A stretch of 64,000 bases of DNA from Macrostomum hystrix (Eukaryota; Animalia; Platyhelminthes), in contig CATNEN010000039.1 of assembly GCA_950097015.1 (NCBI GenBank), positions 62,001 to 126,000 of the forward strand, written 5' to 3'. Shown here piece by piece: positions 24,591 to 38,925 of the stretch. The number at the start of each line of letters is the position of its first letter. Position 1 is the stretch's first letter. The position numbers and the translations under genes are program-made. The notes below the pieces were generated by a model, which worked only from the letters and a program-made list of their open reading frames with translations, searched no databases and had not been told where the DNA came from.

Positions 24591-27500
24591 CTGCGCCTCG
24601 CCGCTGCGCCTCGACTGGCTGCTGGTTTGCCTGCTGCGCCTCAAGCACGACCGGCTGCTGCTGCTGAGGGGCGATTCCCGCTTGAGAGATATTAAATATA
24701 TTCTGTGGGGATTCCTGCTTGAGAGATATTAAATAGATTCCGTGGGGATTCCCGTATAAAAGATATTCAATAGATTCTGTGAGGATTCCCGTATAAAAGA
24801 TATTCAATAGACTCTGTGGGGATTCCCGCTTGAGAGATATTAAATAGATTCTGCGGGGATTCCCGCTTGAGAGATATTCAATAAATTCTGTGGGATTCCC
24901 GTATAACAGATATTCAATGGATTCTGTTTGGATTCCCGCTTGAGAGATATTAAATAGATTCTGCGGGGATTCCCGCTTGAGAGATATTAAATAGATTCTG
25001 TGGGGATTCCCGTATTAGAGATATCAAATAGATTCCGTGGGGATTCCCGTATAACAGATATTCAATGGATTCTGTGGGGATTCCCGCTTAAGAGACATCA
25101 AATAGATTCCGTGGGGTTCACCGTATAAGAGATATTCAATAGATTCTGTGGCGATTCCCGCTTGAGAGATACCAAATAGATTCCGTGGGGTTCACCGTAT
25201 AAGAGATATTCAATAAAATAAGCGAAAAATATTGTACAAATATTTTCCATTTCCAAGTAATTGTCAATTAGCACTCTTTACTAAATAAAATAAAATTCCA
25301 CTTTCCTCGGAATCACGATGCCATCCCCCCACCGAATGCGGGGGGTCCCCGTACTATGACATTCTAAATTTATGAACATTATAAATTTGCGCATCATGGC
25401 AACGATGTTTTGGCCATATATTAAGACATAAATATATAAAAAGATATAAATAATATATATATATAATAAATGGTAATAAATAAATATATATAAAATAATA
25501 ATATATATATATAAATATCATTTCAGCGCTTGATATACGGGAAGATATTAAATAGATTCTGTGGGTATTCCCGTATTAGAGATATCAAATAGATTCCGTG
25601 GGGATTCCCGTATAACAGATATTCAATGGATTCTGTGGGGATTCCCGCTTGAGAGATATTAAATAGATTCTGCGGGGATTCCCGCTTGAGAGATATTAAA
25701 TAGATTCTGTGGGGATTCTCGTATTAGAGATATCAAATAGATTCCGTGGGGATTCCCGTATAACAGATATTCAATGGATTCTGTAGGGATTCCCGCTTGA
25801 GAGATATTAAATAAATTCTGCGGGGATTCCCGCTTAAGAGACATCAAATAGATTCCGTGGGGTTCACCGTATAAGAGATATTCAATAGATTCTGTGGCGA
25901 TTCCCGCTTGAGAGATACCAAATAGATTCCGTGGGGTTCACCGTATAAGAGATATTCAATAAAATAAGCGAAAAATATTGTACAAATATTTTCCATTTCC
26001 AAGTAATTGTCAAGCCATTATATTTGCAGAGCCATTATATAAGATGAAGGTGGAGGAGCTTTTACAGTGGGGCCCTGAAGGCATGGGAGCTCAAATAATT
26101 GAGCCGGCACCTGTCGGTGGACGTTTTGTTTGCCCAGTTGGCAAGTTTGCCATCTGGGTAAATATGCAAGTCACACCTGCACATTTGCGGGATAGACTGT
26201 GCCAATGCGTTCTGGGGGCGGGTCCGGCGAGAAGGCACGCCCCGCAGACTTACCAGTATTCTGGCGGTAACGCCGTAAGTACTTATCCTATGTTATTATT
26301 TTCCTTCCCTGCCACTTGCTCTCGCTCTCTCGCTCTCTCGCTCTCGCTCGCACGCTCTTGCTCTCTCTCGCAACATCGTTTCTGGAGCTTTCGCCAACTT
26401 CGCCGCGGCCTATCCGCAGTACTGCGAGTCCAGATGCCCGGCTGTCCTAGCCGGAGCTGATAGTGTCGATGGCGTCGGCCCGTGTAGTCAGCAGCAGCAG
26501 CAGCGACAGTTTCTAGTCGAGCTAAACTACGCCACGAATCAGGGACCGACTGAACTGGGGATTCCTGCTTGAGAGATATTAAATAGATTCCGTGGGGATT
26601 CCCGTATAAAAGATATTCAATAGATTCTGTGGGGATTCCCGTATAGAAGATATTCAATGGATTCTGTGGGGATTCCCGCTTGAGAGATATTAAATAAATT
26701 CTGCGGGGATTCCCGCTTAAGAGACATCAAATAGATTCCGTGGGGTTCACCGTATAAGAGATATTCAATAGATTCTGTGGCGATTCCCGCTTGAGAGATA
26801 CCAAATAGATTCCGTGGGGTTCACCGTATAAGAGATATTCAATAAAATAAGCGAAAAATATTGTACAAATATTTTCCATTTCCAAGTAATTGTCAATTAG
26901 CACTCTTTACTAAATAAAATAAAATTCCACTTTCCTCGGAATCACGATGCCATCCCCCCACCGAATGCGGGGGGTCCCCGTACTATGACATTCTAAATTT
27001 ATGAACATTATAAATTTGCGCATCATGGCAACGATGTTTTGGCCATATATTAAGACATAAATATATAAAAAGATATAAATAATATATATATATAATAAAT
27101 GGTAATAAATAAATATATATAAAATAATAATATATATATATAAATATCATTTCAGCGCTTGATATACGGGAAGATATTAAATAGATTCTGTGGGGATTCC
27201 CGTATTAGAGATATCAAATAGATTCCGTGGGGATTCCCGTATAACAGATATTCAATGGATTCTGTGGGGATTCCCGCTTGAGAGATATTAAATAGATTCT
27301 GCGGGGATTCCCGCTTGAGAGATATTAAATAGATTCTGTGGGGATTCTCGTATTAGAGATATCAAATAGATTCCGTGGGGATTCCCGTATAACAGATATT
27401 CAATGGATTCTGTAGGGATTCCCGCTTGAGAGATATTAAATAAATTCTGCGGGGATTCCCGCTTAAGAGACATCAAATAGATTCCGTGGGGTTCACCGTA

Positions 27501-28763
27501 TAAGAGATATTCAATAGATTCTGTGGCGATTCCCGCTTGAGAGATACCAAATAGATTCCGTGGGGTTCACCGTATAAGAGATATTCAATAAAATAAGCGA
27601 AAAATATTGTACAAATATTTTCCATTTCCAAGTAATTGTCAAGCCATTATATTTGCAGAGCCATTATATAAGATGAAGGTGGAGGAGCTTTTACAGTGGG
27701 GCCCTGAAGGCATGGGAGCTCAAATAATTGAGCCGGCACCTGTCGGTGGACGTTTTGTTTGCCCAGTTGGCAAGTTTGCCATCTGGGTAAATATGCAAGT
27801 CACACCTGCACATTTGCGGGATAGACTGTGCCAATGCGTTCTGGGGGCGGGTCCGGCGAGAAGGCACGCCCCGCAGACTTACCAGTATTCTGGCGGTAAC
27901 GCCGTAAGTACTTATCCTATGTTATTATTTTCCTTCCCTGCCACTTGCTCTCGCTCTCTCGCTCTCTCGCTCTCGCTCGCACGCTCTTGCTCTCTCTCGC
28001 AACATCGTTTCTGGAGCTTTCGCCAACTTCGCCGCGGCCTATCCGCAGTACTGCGAGTCCAGATGCCCGGCTGTCCTAGCCGGAGCTGATAGTGTCGATG
28101 GCGTCGGCCCGTGTAGTCAGCAGCAGCAGCAGCGACAGTTTCTAGTCGAGCTAAACTACGCCACGAATCAGGGACCGACTGAACTGGGGATTCCTGCTTG
28201 AGAGATATTAAATAGATTCCGTGGGGATTCCCGTATAAAAGATATTCAATAGATTCTGTGGGGATTCCCGTATAGAAGATATTCAATGGATTCTGTGGGG
28301 ATTCCCGCTTGAGAGATATTAAATAAATTCTGCGGGGATTCCCGCTTAAGAGACATCAAATAGATTCCGTGGGGTTCACCGTATAAGAGATATTCAATAG
28401 ATTCTGTGGCGATTCCCGCTTGAGAGATACCAAATAGATTCCGTGGGGTTCACCGTATAAGAGATATTCAATAAAATAAGCGAAAAATATTGTACAAATA
28501 TTTTCCATTTCCAAGTAATTGTCAATTAGCACTCTTTACTAAATAAAATAAAATTCCACTTTCCTCGGAATCACGATGCCATCCCCCCACCGAATGCGGG
28601 GGGTCCCCGTACTATGACATTCTAAATTTATGAACATTATAAATTTGCGCATCATGGCAACGATGTTTTGGCCATATATTAAGACATAAATATATAAAAA
28701 GATATAAAAAATATATATATATATAATAAATGGTAATAAATAAATATATATAAAATAATAATA

Positions 28764-30127
28764 TCTTAATATACTAAAAATGAAAATCTTGCTTGCTTGT
28801 ATGTTTGCAATCGACTAGCTCCCGAACGGCTTAACCGATTTTCACAATTCCTTCGCCAAAAGATCACAATTGGGCCGGAATCGGTACACGTAATTTTATT
28901 AAGCTTAATTCCATTGCAGAGGGGATTAAATATTCGAAAAACAGTTTTAAATAGGCTTTTCTAATGCATTCTTGTTTTCAGCTTGTGCACAGTATGGCCT
29001 CCGGTGCCAATTTTAATGATTGCATCAGAGCCAGTTTTGATAACGAACTGATAAGAACTCCAGTGAGGCTACCCAGAGGGTAGCGAAGGCAGCTAGTCTT
29101 CTTCTAATCTAATATACTAAAAATGAAAATCTTGTTTGTATGTTTGTATGTATGTATGTTTGCAATCGACTAGCTCCCGAACGGCTCAACCGATTTTCAC
29201 AATTCCTTCGCCAAAAGATCACAAATGGGCCCGAATCGGTACACGTATTTTTTTTTAAGCTTAATTCCATTGCGAAGGGGATTAAATATTCGAAAAACAG
29301 TTTTAAATAGGCTTTTCTAATGCATTCTTGTTTTCAGCTTGTGCACAGTGAGGCTCCAGTGCCAATTTTAATGATTGCATCAGAGCCAGTTTTGATAACG
29401 AACTGATAAGAACTCACAGGGAGGCTACCCAGAGGGTAGCGAAGGCAGCTAGTCTAATATACTAAAAATGAAAATCTTGTTTGTATGTTTGTATGTATGT
29501 ATGTTTGCAATCGACTAGCTCCCGAACGGCTCAACCGATTTTCACAATTCCTTCGCCAAAAGATCACAAATGGGCCCGAATCGGTACACGTATTTTTTTT
29601 TAAGCTTAATTCCATTGCGAAGGGGATTAAATATTCGAAAAACAGTTTTAAATAGGCTTTTCTAATGCATTCTTGTTTTCAGCTTGTGCACAGTGAGGCT
29701 CCAGTGCCAATTTTAATGATTGCATCAGAGCCAGTTTTGATAACGAACTGATAAGAACTCACAGGGAGGCTACCCAGAGGGTAGCGAAGGCAGCTAGTTA
29801 ATATACTAAAAATGAAAATCTTGCTTGCTTGTATGTTTGCAATCGACTAGCTCCCGAACGGCTCAACCGATTTTCGCAATTCCTTCGCCAAAAGATCACA
29901 AATGGGCCGGAATCGGTACACGTAATTTTATTAAGCTTAATTCCATTGGCAAGGGGATTAAATATTCGAAAAACAGTTTTAAATAGGCTTTTCTAATGCA
30001 TTCTTGTTTTCAGCTTGTGCACAGTGAGGCTCCAGTGCCAACTTTAATGATTGCATCAGAGCCAATTTTGATAAGGCACTGATAAGAACTCAAGGGAGGC
30101 TACCCAGAGGGTAGCGAAGGCAGCTAG
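28764..30127 (+). mobile_element. Four head-to-tail non-autonomous Helitron units (28764-29096, 29097-29452, 29453-29797, 29798-30127)
   Basis: Units 1-3 start with TC (unit 4 with TT) and all end in CTAG after the hairpin GCTACCC-AGA-GGGTAGC. A (TG/TTG)-type microsatellite and the AACGGCT..ACCGATTTT motif lie near the 5' end. Inserted at A|T with no TSD; exact empty site at about 27121-27150. Confidence 0.93.
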
Positions 30128-33100
30128 TATATATATAAATATCATTTCAGCGCTTGATATACGGGAAGATATTAAATAGATTCTGTGGGTATTCCCGTAT
30201 TAGAGATATCAAATAGATTCCGTGGGGATTCCCGTATAACAGATATTCAATGGAGTTTGTGGGGATTCCCGCTTGAGAGATATTAAATAGATTCTGCGGG
30301 GATTCCCGCTTAAGAGATATCAAATAGATTCCGTGGGGTTCACCGTATAAGAGATATTCAATAGATTCTGTGGCGATTCCCGCTTGAGAGATACCAAATA
30401 GATTCCGTGGGGTTCACCGTATAAGAGATATTCAATAGATTCTGTGGCGATTCCCGCTTGAGAGATATCAAATAGATTCCGTGGGGATTCCCGTATAAAA
30501 GATATTCAATAGATTCTGTGGGGATTCCCGTATAAAAGATATTCAATAGATTCTGTGGCGATTCCCGCTTGAGAGATATTAAATAGGCTCTGGCGACGAT
30601 GCATCAGCTCTCACGTTTATTACCAGCAAATGAACAGTACAGCATGTCTCATTTAGTGAGCAGTGTGCACTAATTTCAATAACAATGAAGATTTTTCTGA
30701 TGTGTTCGAGCGTGTTGCGTTTGCTCATATGCATCTCGTCTTCTTTCTGCTCTCTCTTGCGTTTCCCTCCGGTGCGGTTTTCAACAAGCAAGTGCTTCAT
30801 GTATTTTCTTCAAAATACAATGAAATGCAGCACAAATCTATGCGGAATCAAATCCTTAGGTACTTTTCATTGCCGACCTTTATGCAGTGGAATTCATTCC
30901 CCAGCTGCCAGAAAGCGTCCTGCGACGAGTGCCGTCAGAATGACAATGCCACGAGATATTTGTGCAAGGCGCTCTGCATTAGAGACAAAGTCTACAAAGT
31001 GACTAAACTGGAACAGGAGACAAATGGCACTTGCAAAGACGTCCAGGCCAAACTAAATCCGCTGCGCCTCGCCGCTGCGCCTCGACTGGCTGCTGGTTTG
31101 CCTGCTGCGCCTCAAGCACGACCGGCTGCTGCTGCTGAGGGGCGATTCCCGCTTGAGAGATATTAAATAGATTCTGTGGGGATTCCTGCTTGAGAGATAT
31201 TAAATAGATTCCGTGGGGATTCCCGTATAAAAGATATTCAATAGATTCTGTGGGGATTCCCGTATAGAAGATATTCAATAGATTCTGTGGGGATTCCCGT
31301 ATTAGAGATATCAAATAGATTCCGTGGGGATTCCCGTATAACAGATATTCAATGGATTCTGTGGGGATTCCCGCTTGAGAGATATTAAATAAATTCTGCG
31401 GGGATTCCCGCTTAAGAGACATCAAATAGATTCCGTGGGGTTCACCGTATAAGAGATATTCAATAGATTCTGTGGCGATTCCCGCTTGAGAGATACCAAA
31501 TAGATTCCGTGGGGTTCACCGTATAAGAGATATTCAATAAAATTAAAGGGTCAACGCTAGTTGATACTCGATTTATAATAAGCCTTTCTTCAACTAGAAA
31601 GCTAATCTTCAAGACTTTGCTGTACACTAAACTAGACTGCCGTGGAAAGTGCAGTGGTGCAAATAGTGCTCCGACTGACTCTCAGATACGCAAGATGTCG
31701 TCGCAGTACTTTTGCTGCTTTCTGTATTCTGAGGTGGTCGACATGCTTGAACGTGTAAATGCCAAAAACAATTTCACGGAAAAGACACTTTGGGATGAGC
31801 TGCTATAGGTAGCTATAAGGTGCATTTATGTATGGATCTGCTAGTCCAACTCGAGCTGGACCTTCAGCAACGAGGATTCTGCGGGGATTCCCGCTTGAGA
31901 GATATTAAATAGATTCTGTGGGGATTCCTGCTTGAGAGACATTAAATAGATTCCGTGGGGATTCCCGTATAAAAGATATTCAATAGATTCTGTGGGGATT
32001 CCCGTATAAAAGATATTCAATAGATTCTGTGGGGATTCCCGCTTGAGAGATATTAAATAGATTCTGCGGGATTCCCGCTTGAGAGATATTAAATAGATTC
32101 TGTGGGGATTCCCGTATTAGAGATATCAAATAGATTCCGTGGGGATTCCCGCTTAACAGATATTCAATGGATTCTGTGGGGATTCCCGCTTGAGAGATAT
32201 TAAATAGATTCTGCGGGGATTCCCGCTTGAGAGATATTAAATAGATTCTGTGGGGATTCCCGTATTAGAGATATCAAATAGATTCCGTGGGGATTCCCGT
32301 ATAACAGATATTCAATGGATTCTGTAGGGATTCCCGCTTGAGAGATATTAAATAAATTCTGCGGGGATTCCCGCTTAAGAGACATCAAATAGATTCCGTG
32401 GGGTTCACCGTACAAGAGATATTCAATAGATTCTGTGGCGATTCCCGCTTGAGAGATACCAAATAGATTCCGTGGGGTTCACCGTATAAGAGATATTCAA
32501 TAAAATAAGCGAAAAATATTGTACAAATATTTTCCATTTCCAAGTAATTGTCAATTAGCACTCTTTACTAAATAAAATAAAATTCCACTTTCCTCGGAAT
32601 CACGATGCCATCCCCCCACCGAATGCGGGGGGTCCCCGTACTATGACATTCTAAATTTATGAACATTATAAATTTGCGCATCATGGCAACGATGTTTTGG
32701 CCATATATTAAGACATAAATATATAAAAATATATAAAAAAAATATATATATATAATAAATGGTAATAAATAAATATATATAAAATAATAATATATATATA
32801 TAAATATCATTTCAGCGCTTGATATACGGGAAGATATTAAATAGATTCTGTGGGTATTCCCGTATTAGAGATATCAAATAGATTCCGTGGGGATTCCCGT
32901 ATAACAGATATTCAATGGAGTTTGTGGGGATTCCCGCTTGAGAGATATTAAATAGATTCTGCGGGGATTCCCGCTTAAGAGATATCAAATAGATTCCGTG
33001 GGGTTCACCGTATAAGAGATATTCAATAGATTCTGTGGCGATTCCCGCTTGAGAGATACCAAATAGATTCCGTGGGGTTCACCGTATAAGAGATATTCAA

Positions 33101-36100
33101 TAGATTCTGTGGCGATTCCCGCTTGAGAGATATCAAATAGATTCCGTGGGGATTCCCGTATAAAAGATATTCAATAGATTCTGTGGGGATTCCCGTATAA
33201 AAGATATTCAATAGATTCTGTGGCGATTCCCGCTTGAGAGATATTAAATAGGCTCTGGCGACGATGCATCAGCTCTCACGTTTATTACCAGCAAATGAAC
33301 AGTACAGCATGTCTCATTTAGTGAGCAGTGTGCACTAATTTCAATAACAATGAAGATTTTTCTGATGTGTTCGAGCGTGTTGCGTTTGCTCATATGCATC
33401 TCGTCTTCTTTCTGCTCTCTCTTGCGTTTCCCTCCGGTGCGGTTTTCAACAAGCAAGTGCTTCATGTATTTTCTTCAAAATACAATGAAATGCAGCACAA
33501 ATCTATGCGGAATCAAATCCTTAGGTACTTTTCATTGCCGACCTTTATGCAGTGGAATTCATTCCCCAGCTGCCAGAAAGCGTCCTGCGACGAGTGCCGT
33601 CAGAATGACAATGCCACGAGATATTTGTGCAAGGCGCTCTGCATTAGAGACAAAGTCTACAAAGTGACTAAACTGGAACAGGAGACAAATGGCACTTGCA
33701 AAGACGTCCAGGCCAAACTAAATCCGCTGCGCCTCGCCGCTGCGCCTCGACTGGCTGCTGGTTTGCCTGCTGCGCCTCAAGCACGACCGGCTGCTGCTGC
33801 TGAGGGGCGATTCCCGCTTGAGAGATATTAAATAGATTCTGTGGGGATTCCTGCTTGAGAGATATTAAATAGATTCCGTGGGGATTCCCGTATAAAAGAT
33901 ATTCAATAGATTCTGTGGGGATTCCCGTATAGAAGATATTCAATAGATTCTGTGGGGATTCCCGTATTAGAGATATCAAATAGATTCCGTGGGGATTCCC
34001 GTATAACAGATATTCAATGGATTCTGTGGGGATTCCCGCTTGAGAGATATTAAATAAATTCTGCGGGGATTCCCGCTTAAGAGACATCAAATAGATTCCG
34101 TGGGGTTCACCGTATAAGAGATATTCAATAGATTCTGTGGCGATTCCCGCTTGAGAGATACCAAATAGATTCCGTGGGGTTCACCGTATAAGAGATATTC
34201 AATAAAATAAGCGAAAAATATTGTACAAATATTTTCCATTTCCAAGTAATTGTCAATTAGCACTCTACTAAATAAAATAAAATTCCACTTTCCTCGGAAT
34301 CACGATGCCATCCCCCCACCGAATGCGGGGGGTCCCCGTACTATGACATTCTAAATTTATGAACATTATAAATTTGCGCATCATGGCAACGATGTTTTGG
34401 CCATATATTAAGACATAAATATATAAAAAGATATAAATAATATATATATATAATAAATGGTAATAAATAAATATATATAAAATAATAATATATATATATA
34501 AATATCATTTCAGCGCTTGATATACGGGAAGATAATAGACATTGATCCTGATGACGATTCTGCGCTGACGACTTTGTCAAGGGCATTTATAAAAATCATG
34601 GATGTTGTTGCAAAAGCGTTGCAAGGCCACAAAAACAGGCCCGTTGTAGTGTGCTGTGCCAGCGGAGTAGGCTACTTTCCTATCTGGGTAGAGCAGAGTA
34701 GCTCTAAAGGGTCAACGCTAGTTGATACTCGATTTATAATAAGCCTTTCTTCAACTAGAAAGCTAATCTTCAAGACTTTGCTGTACACTAAACTAGACTG
34801 CCGTGGAAAGTGCAGTGGTGCAAATAGTGCTCCGACTGACTCTCAGATACGCAAGATGTCGTCGCAGTACTTTTGCTGCTTTCTGTATTCTGAGGTGGTC
34901 GACATGCTTGAACGTGTAAATGCCAAAAACAATTTCCCGGAAAAGACACTTTGGGATGAGCTGCTATAGGTAGCTATAAGGTGCATTTATGTATGGATCT
35001 GCTAGTCCAACTCGAGCTGGACCTTCAGCAACGAGGATTCTGCGGGGATTCCCGCTTGAGAGATATTAAATAGATTCTGTGGGGATTCCTGCTTGAGAGA
35101 CATTAAATAGATTCCGTGGGGATTCCCGTATAAAAGATATTCAATAGATTCTGTGGGGATTCCCGTATAAAAGATATTCAATAGATTCTGTGGGGATTCC
35201 CGCTTGAGAGATATTAAATAGATTCTGCGGGATTCCCGCTTGAGAGATATTAAATAGATTCTGTGGGGATTCCCGTATTAGAGATATCAAATAGATTCCG
35301 TGGGGATTCCCGTATAACAGATATTCAATGGATTCTGTGGGGATTCCCGCTTGAGAGATATTAAATAGATTCTGCGGGGATTCCCGCTTGAGAGATATTA
35401 AATAGATTCTGTGGGGATTCCCGTATTAGAGATATCAAATAGATTCCGTGGGGATTCCCGTATAACAGATATTCAATGGATTCTGTAGGGATTCCCGCTT
35501 GAGAGATATTAAATAAATTCTGCGGGGATTCCCGCTTAAGAGACATCAAATAGATTCCGTGGGGTTCACCGTACAAGAGATATTCAATAGATTCTGTGGC
35601 GATTCCCGCTTGAGAGATACCAAATAGATTCCGTGGGGTTCACCGTATAAGAGATATTCAATAAAATAAGCGAAAAATATTGTACAAATATTTTCCATTT
35701 CCAAGTAATTGTCAATTAGCACTCTTTACTAAATAAAATAAAATTCCACTTTCCTCGGAATCACGATGCCATCCCCCCACCGAATGCGGGGGGTCCCCGT
35801 ACTATGACATTCTAAATTTATGAACATTATAAATTTGCGCATCATGGCAACGATGTTTTGGCCATATATTAAGACATAAATATATAAAAAGATATAAATA
35901 ATATATATATATATAATAAATGGTAATAAATAAATATATATAAAATAATAATATATATATATAAATATCATTTCAGCGCTTGATATACGGGAAGATAATA
36001 GACATTGATCCTGATGACGATTCTGCGCTGACGACTTTGTCAAGGGCATTTGCAACAATATCCATGATTTTTATAAAAGCGCTTTTTGTTTACGAAGTTG

Positions 36101-36299
36101 GAGTGGCAGCGAAGTTAGTGTGCTGCATGGCACGTATAACCCGGCAACTTGGACATAATATTTCAGTATAACACTACTAATTATATATAAACATATGAGA
36201 GGTCAGTGTGTGTGAGACCCCAGGGGCTACCGGGCGGCGGGCTGGCTATGACTGTGCTGGCTGTGCTGCTGTTCTGCTGTGCTGCTGTGCTGCTGTGCT

Positions 36300-36655
36300 G
36301 GTGTTCTGCACCTGTTTTAACTTCTCGTGGTTTTTCGACAGCAGAAATGATGCCACGAACATCAACTTTCCTGTATTGTGTAATGCAAATTTGGGTAGAA
36401 TAGTAAAAAAGTAAATGACTACGCGAATGGTGTTTGCTTGTACGAGCGTAACTATCTCACCCAAAAACCACTAAAACGTGCCAGATCTTTACTCCGAGGG
36501 AAAAACTCCCTACAGGGAAACAGAGGCATTGACATGCTAACACTTTATACTACTCACGTTTTCATTTCGATGCCGGAAATATCACATATTTTCTTGTAGT
36601 CCCGAGCACGCCGACTGACCATCTCGTGGGTGCTCATAATAGTGACCAGACTCAT
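36300..36655 (-). pseudogene. OB-fold gene 5' fragment, copy 3
   Basis: Near-identical to 16420-16775. Confidence 0.58.
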
Positions 36656-36678
36656 CGCCGCCACATCCGCTGACACCC

Positions 36679-36711
<33 letters not shown>

Positions 36712-37040
36712 ACAAAAAAGCAGAAGCGGAAGCTTCAGACGCAGCCGGCGAGGGATGCCCTGGCTGCAAAGCGGAAGGTAAACCCGCAACTTAACTACGC
36801 GCTTTGTAGCTACGAGTTGTTTTCTGGCATTCTCGCAGGTCTCTGAGGGGCAACGCGTGCCTCGCGGAAAGTTCATACTTGTCACGCTCTCCGATTGGCT
36901 CAGGGTACCGGACATTTGAAAAAAACGCAAAATGCAAACCCATTGGTCGTTATGAGTGATTCAACCCGGCACCTGGAAACTGACATATTCAGTTTGTATT
37001 TTAACTATCAATTTTTATGAGCCAAACAAACCCTAATGAA

Positions 37041-37372
37041 CTGCAAATATAATGGCTCTGCAAATATAATGGCTCTGCAAATATAATGGCTCTGCAAATA
37101 TAATGGCTCTGCAAATATAATGGCTCTGCAAATATAATGGCTCTGCAAATATAATGGCTCTGCAAATATAATGGCTCTGCAAATATAATGGCTCTGCAAA
37201 TATAATGGCTCTGCAAATATAATGGCTCTGCAAATATAATGGCTCTGCAAATATAATGGCTCTGCAAATATAATGGCTCTGCAAATATAATGGCTCTGCA
37301 AATATAATGGCTCTGCAAATATAATGGCTCTGCAAATATAATGGCTCTGCAAATATAATGGCTCTGCAAATA
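37041..37372. repeat. 17-bp satellite array
   Basis: Tandem GCAAATATAATGGCTCT ending in the TA used by the mariner. Confidence 0.95.
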
Positions 37373-37924
37373 CGAGGGGTGTCCCAGAAATAGCGGGAAA
37401 AATCGATGTACAAGCAAACTGGTGAAACATAGTTTATTGAAACTCACGTCACTGATAAATAAACATTCAGCAGTTCTAACGCTTTTTAAATTAAGTAAAT
37501 ATGTAAATTCATTAAAAAATTATGGCTAAAATTAGAACAAGGGGTAAGGGGTAGAGTTACACCAAGTCAAGGCCAGCGGAATCGGTCACGCAGCATCGCC
37601 ATCGCCGTCGACTGACGACTTTTCGACGAAGTCCCCCCTTAGCTCGCAGCACTTAGTCCATCGCGTGAGAAGCGCATTGATGGCATCTGCATAAGCTCGA
37701 CGCGGAATTTCGTGCAGCAGAACCCGCCTGACTTCACCTTCCAAGTTGTCGCGATGGTCAAAGATGCGCCCCCGCAGGTGCTTCTTTAACTGAGGGAAAA
37801 TTGCGTAGTCGCAAGGAGCTAAGTCTGGTGAGTAGGGCGGGTGCGCAAGCAGATCAAAATTGAGTTCGTTGATACGATCAAGCGTTTTCTTGGCCGTGTG
37901 AGGTCGAGCGTTGTCGTGCAACAG
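37373..37924 (-). mobile_element. mariner (DD34D) transposon 3' end with TIR
   Basis: LLHDNARPH...HPPYSPDLAPCDY with 34 residues between the aspartates. Terminus TA|CGAGGGGTGTCC. The 5' part is lost. Confidence 0.92.
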
Positions 37925-38316
37925 GGTCGCTACCGGATAGCGACCGGGACGTCGGGCGAGACCCCAGGGGCCAGCCCGCCGCCCGGTAGCCCCTGGGGTC
38001 TCACACACACTGACTATATTGTACATATATTTTCCATTTCCAAGTAATTGTCAATTAGCACTCTTTACTAAATAAAATAAAATTCCACTTTCCTCGGAAT
38101 CACGATGCCATCCCCCCACCGAATGCGGGGTGTCCCCGTACTATGACATTCTAAATTTATGAACATTATAAATTTGCGCATCATGGCAACGATGTTTTGG
38201 CCATATATTAAAACATAAATATATAAAAAGATATAAATAATATATATATATAATAAATGGTAATAAATAAATATATATAAAATAATAATATATATATATA
38301 AATATCATTTCAGCGC

Positions 38317-38925
38317 TTGATATACGGGAAGATATTAGACATTGATCCTGATGACGAATCTGCGCTGACGACTTTGTCAAGGGCATTTATAAAAATCATG
38401 GATGTTGTTGCAAAAGCGTTGCAAGGCCACAAAAACAGGCCCGTTGTAGTGTGCTGTGCCAGCGGAGTAGGCTACTTTCCTATCTGGGTAGAGCAGAGTA
38501 GCTCTAAAGGGTCAACGCTAGTTGATACTCGATTTATAATAAGCCTTTCTTCAACTAGAAAGCTAATCTTCAAGACTTTGCTGTACACTAAACTAGACTG
38601 CCGTGGAAAGTGCAGTGGTGCAAATAGTGCTCCGACTGACTCTCAGATACGCAAGATGTCGTCGCAGTACTTTTGCTGCTTTCTGTATTCTGAGGTGGTC
38701 GACATGCTTGAACGTGTAAATGCCAAAAACAATTTCACGGAAAAGACACTTTGGGATGAGCTGCTATCTACAATCTTAGCCACCGCTCAATATCTGACCC
38801 ACTCGAACTCGATTCGTATCTTCCGTGAAGATTTTTTGACCAAACTGCAAAAGCGTTGGAGCGTTGGAGCGTATCAAGCGTTGTCGCTTGGAGCACCCCA
38901 ATTGATCACTAAATGGTTTCTGTGA
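38317..38925 (+). CDS. Orphan intronless ORF, about 200 aa, 5' end uncertain (partial copies at 31545-31807 and 34517-34969)
   Basis: Open, complex sequence whose 3' end overlaps a convergent Cys-rich ORF. Confidence 0.4.
   Translation: MIYGKILDIDPDDESALTTLSRAFIKIMDVVAKALQGHKNRPVVVCCASGVGYFPIWVEQSSSKGSTLVDTRFIISLSSTRKLIFKTLLYTKLDCRGKCSGANSAPTDSQIRKMSSQYFCCFLYSEVVDMLERVNAKNNFTEKTLWDELLSTILATAQYLTHSNSIRIFREDFLTKLQKRWSVGAYQALSLGAPQLITKWFL

Larger units (their letters stand above)
22846..35662. repeat. Domain of about 13 short arrays of a 37-bp satellite (TAGATTCTGTGGGGATTCCCGCTTGAGAGATATTAAA) interleaved with duplicated unique modules
   Basis: Period 37. Segmental duplications at offsets 1629 (25978/27607), 2665 (30663/33328) and 3161 (32200/35361). 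Confidence 0.92.

Noticed and set aside
29040-29096. Hammerhead ribozyme in the roughly 340-bp tandem units (CTGATAAG)
   Set aside because: The core is not CTGANGA and no GAAA follows a stem II; TC/CTAG ends, the hairpin and A|T insertion identify Helitrons.
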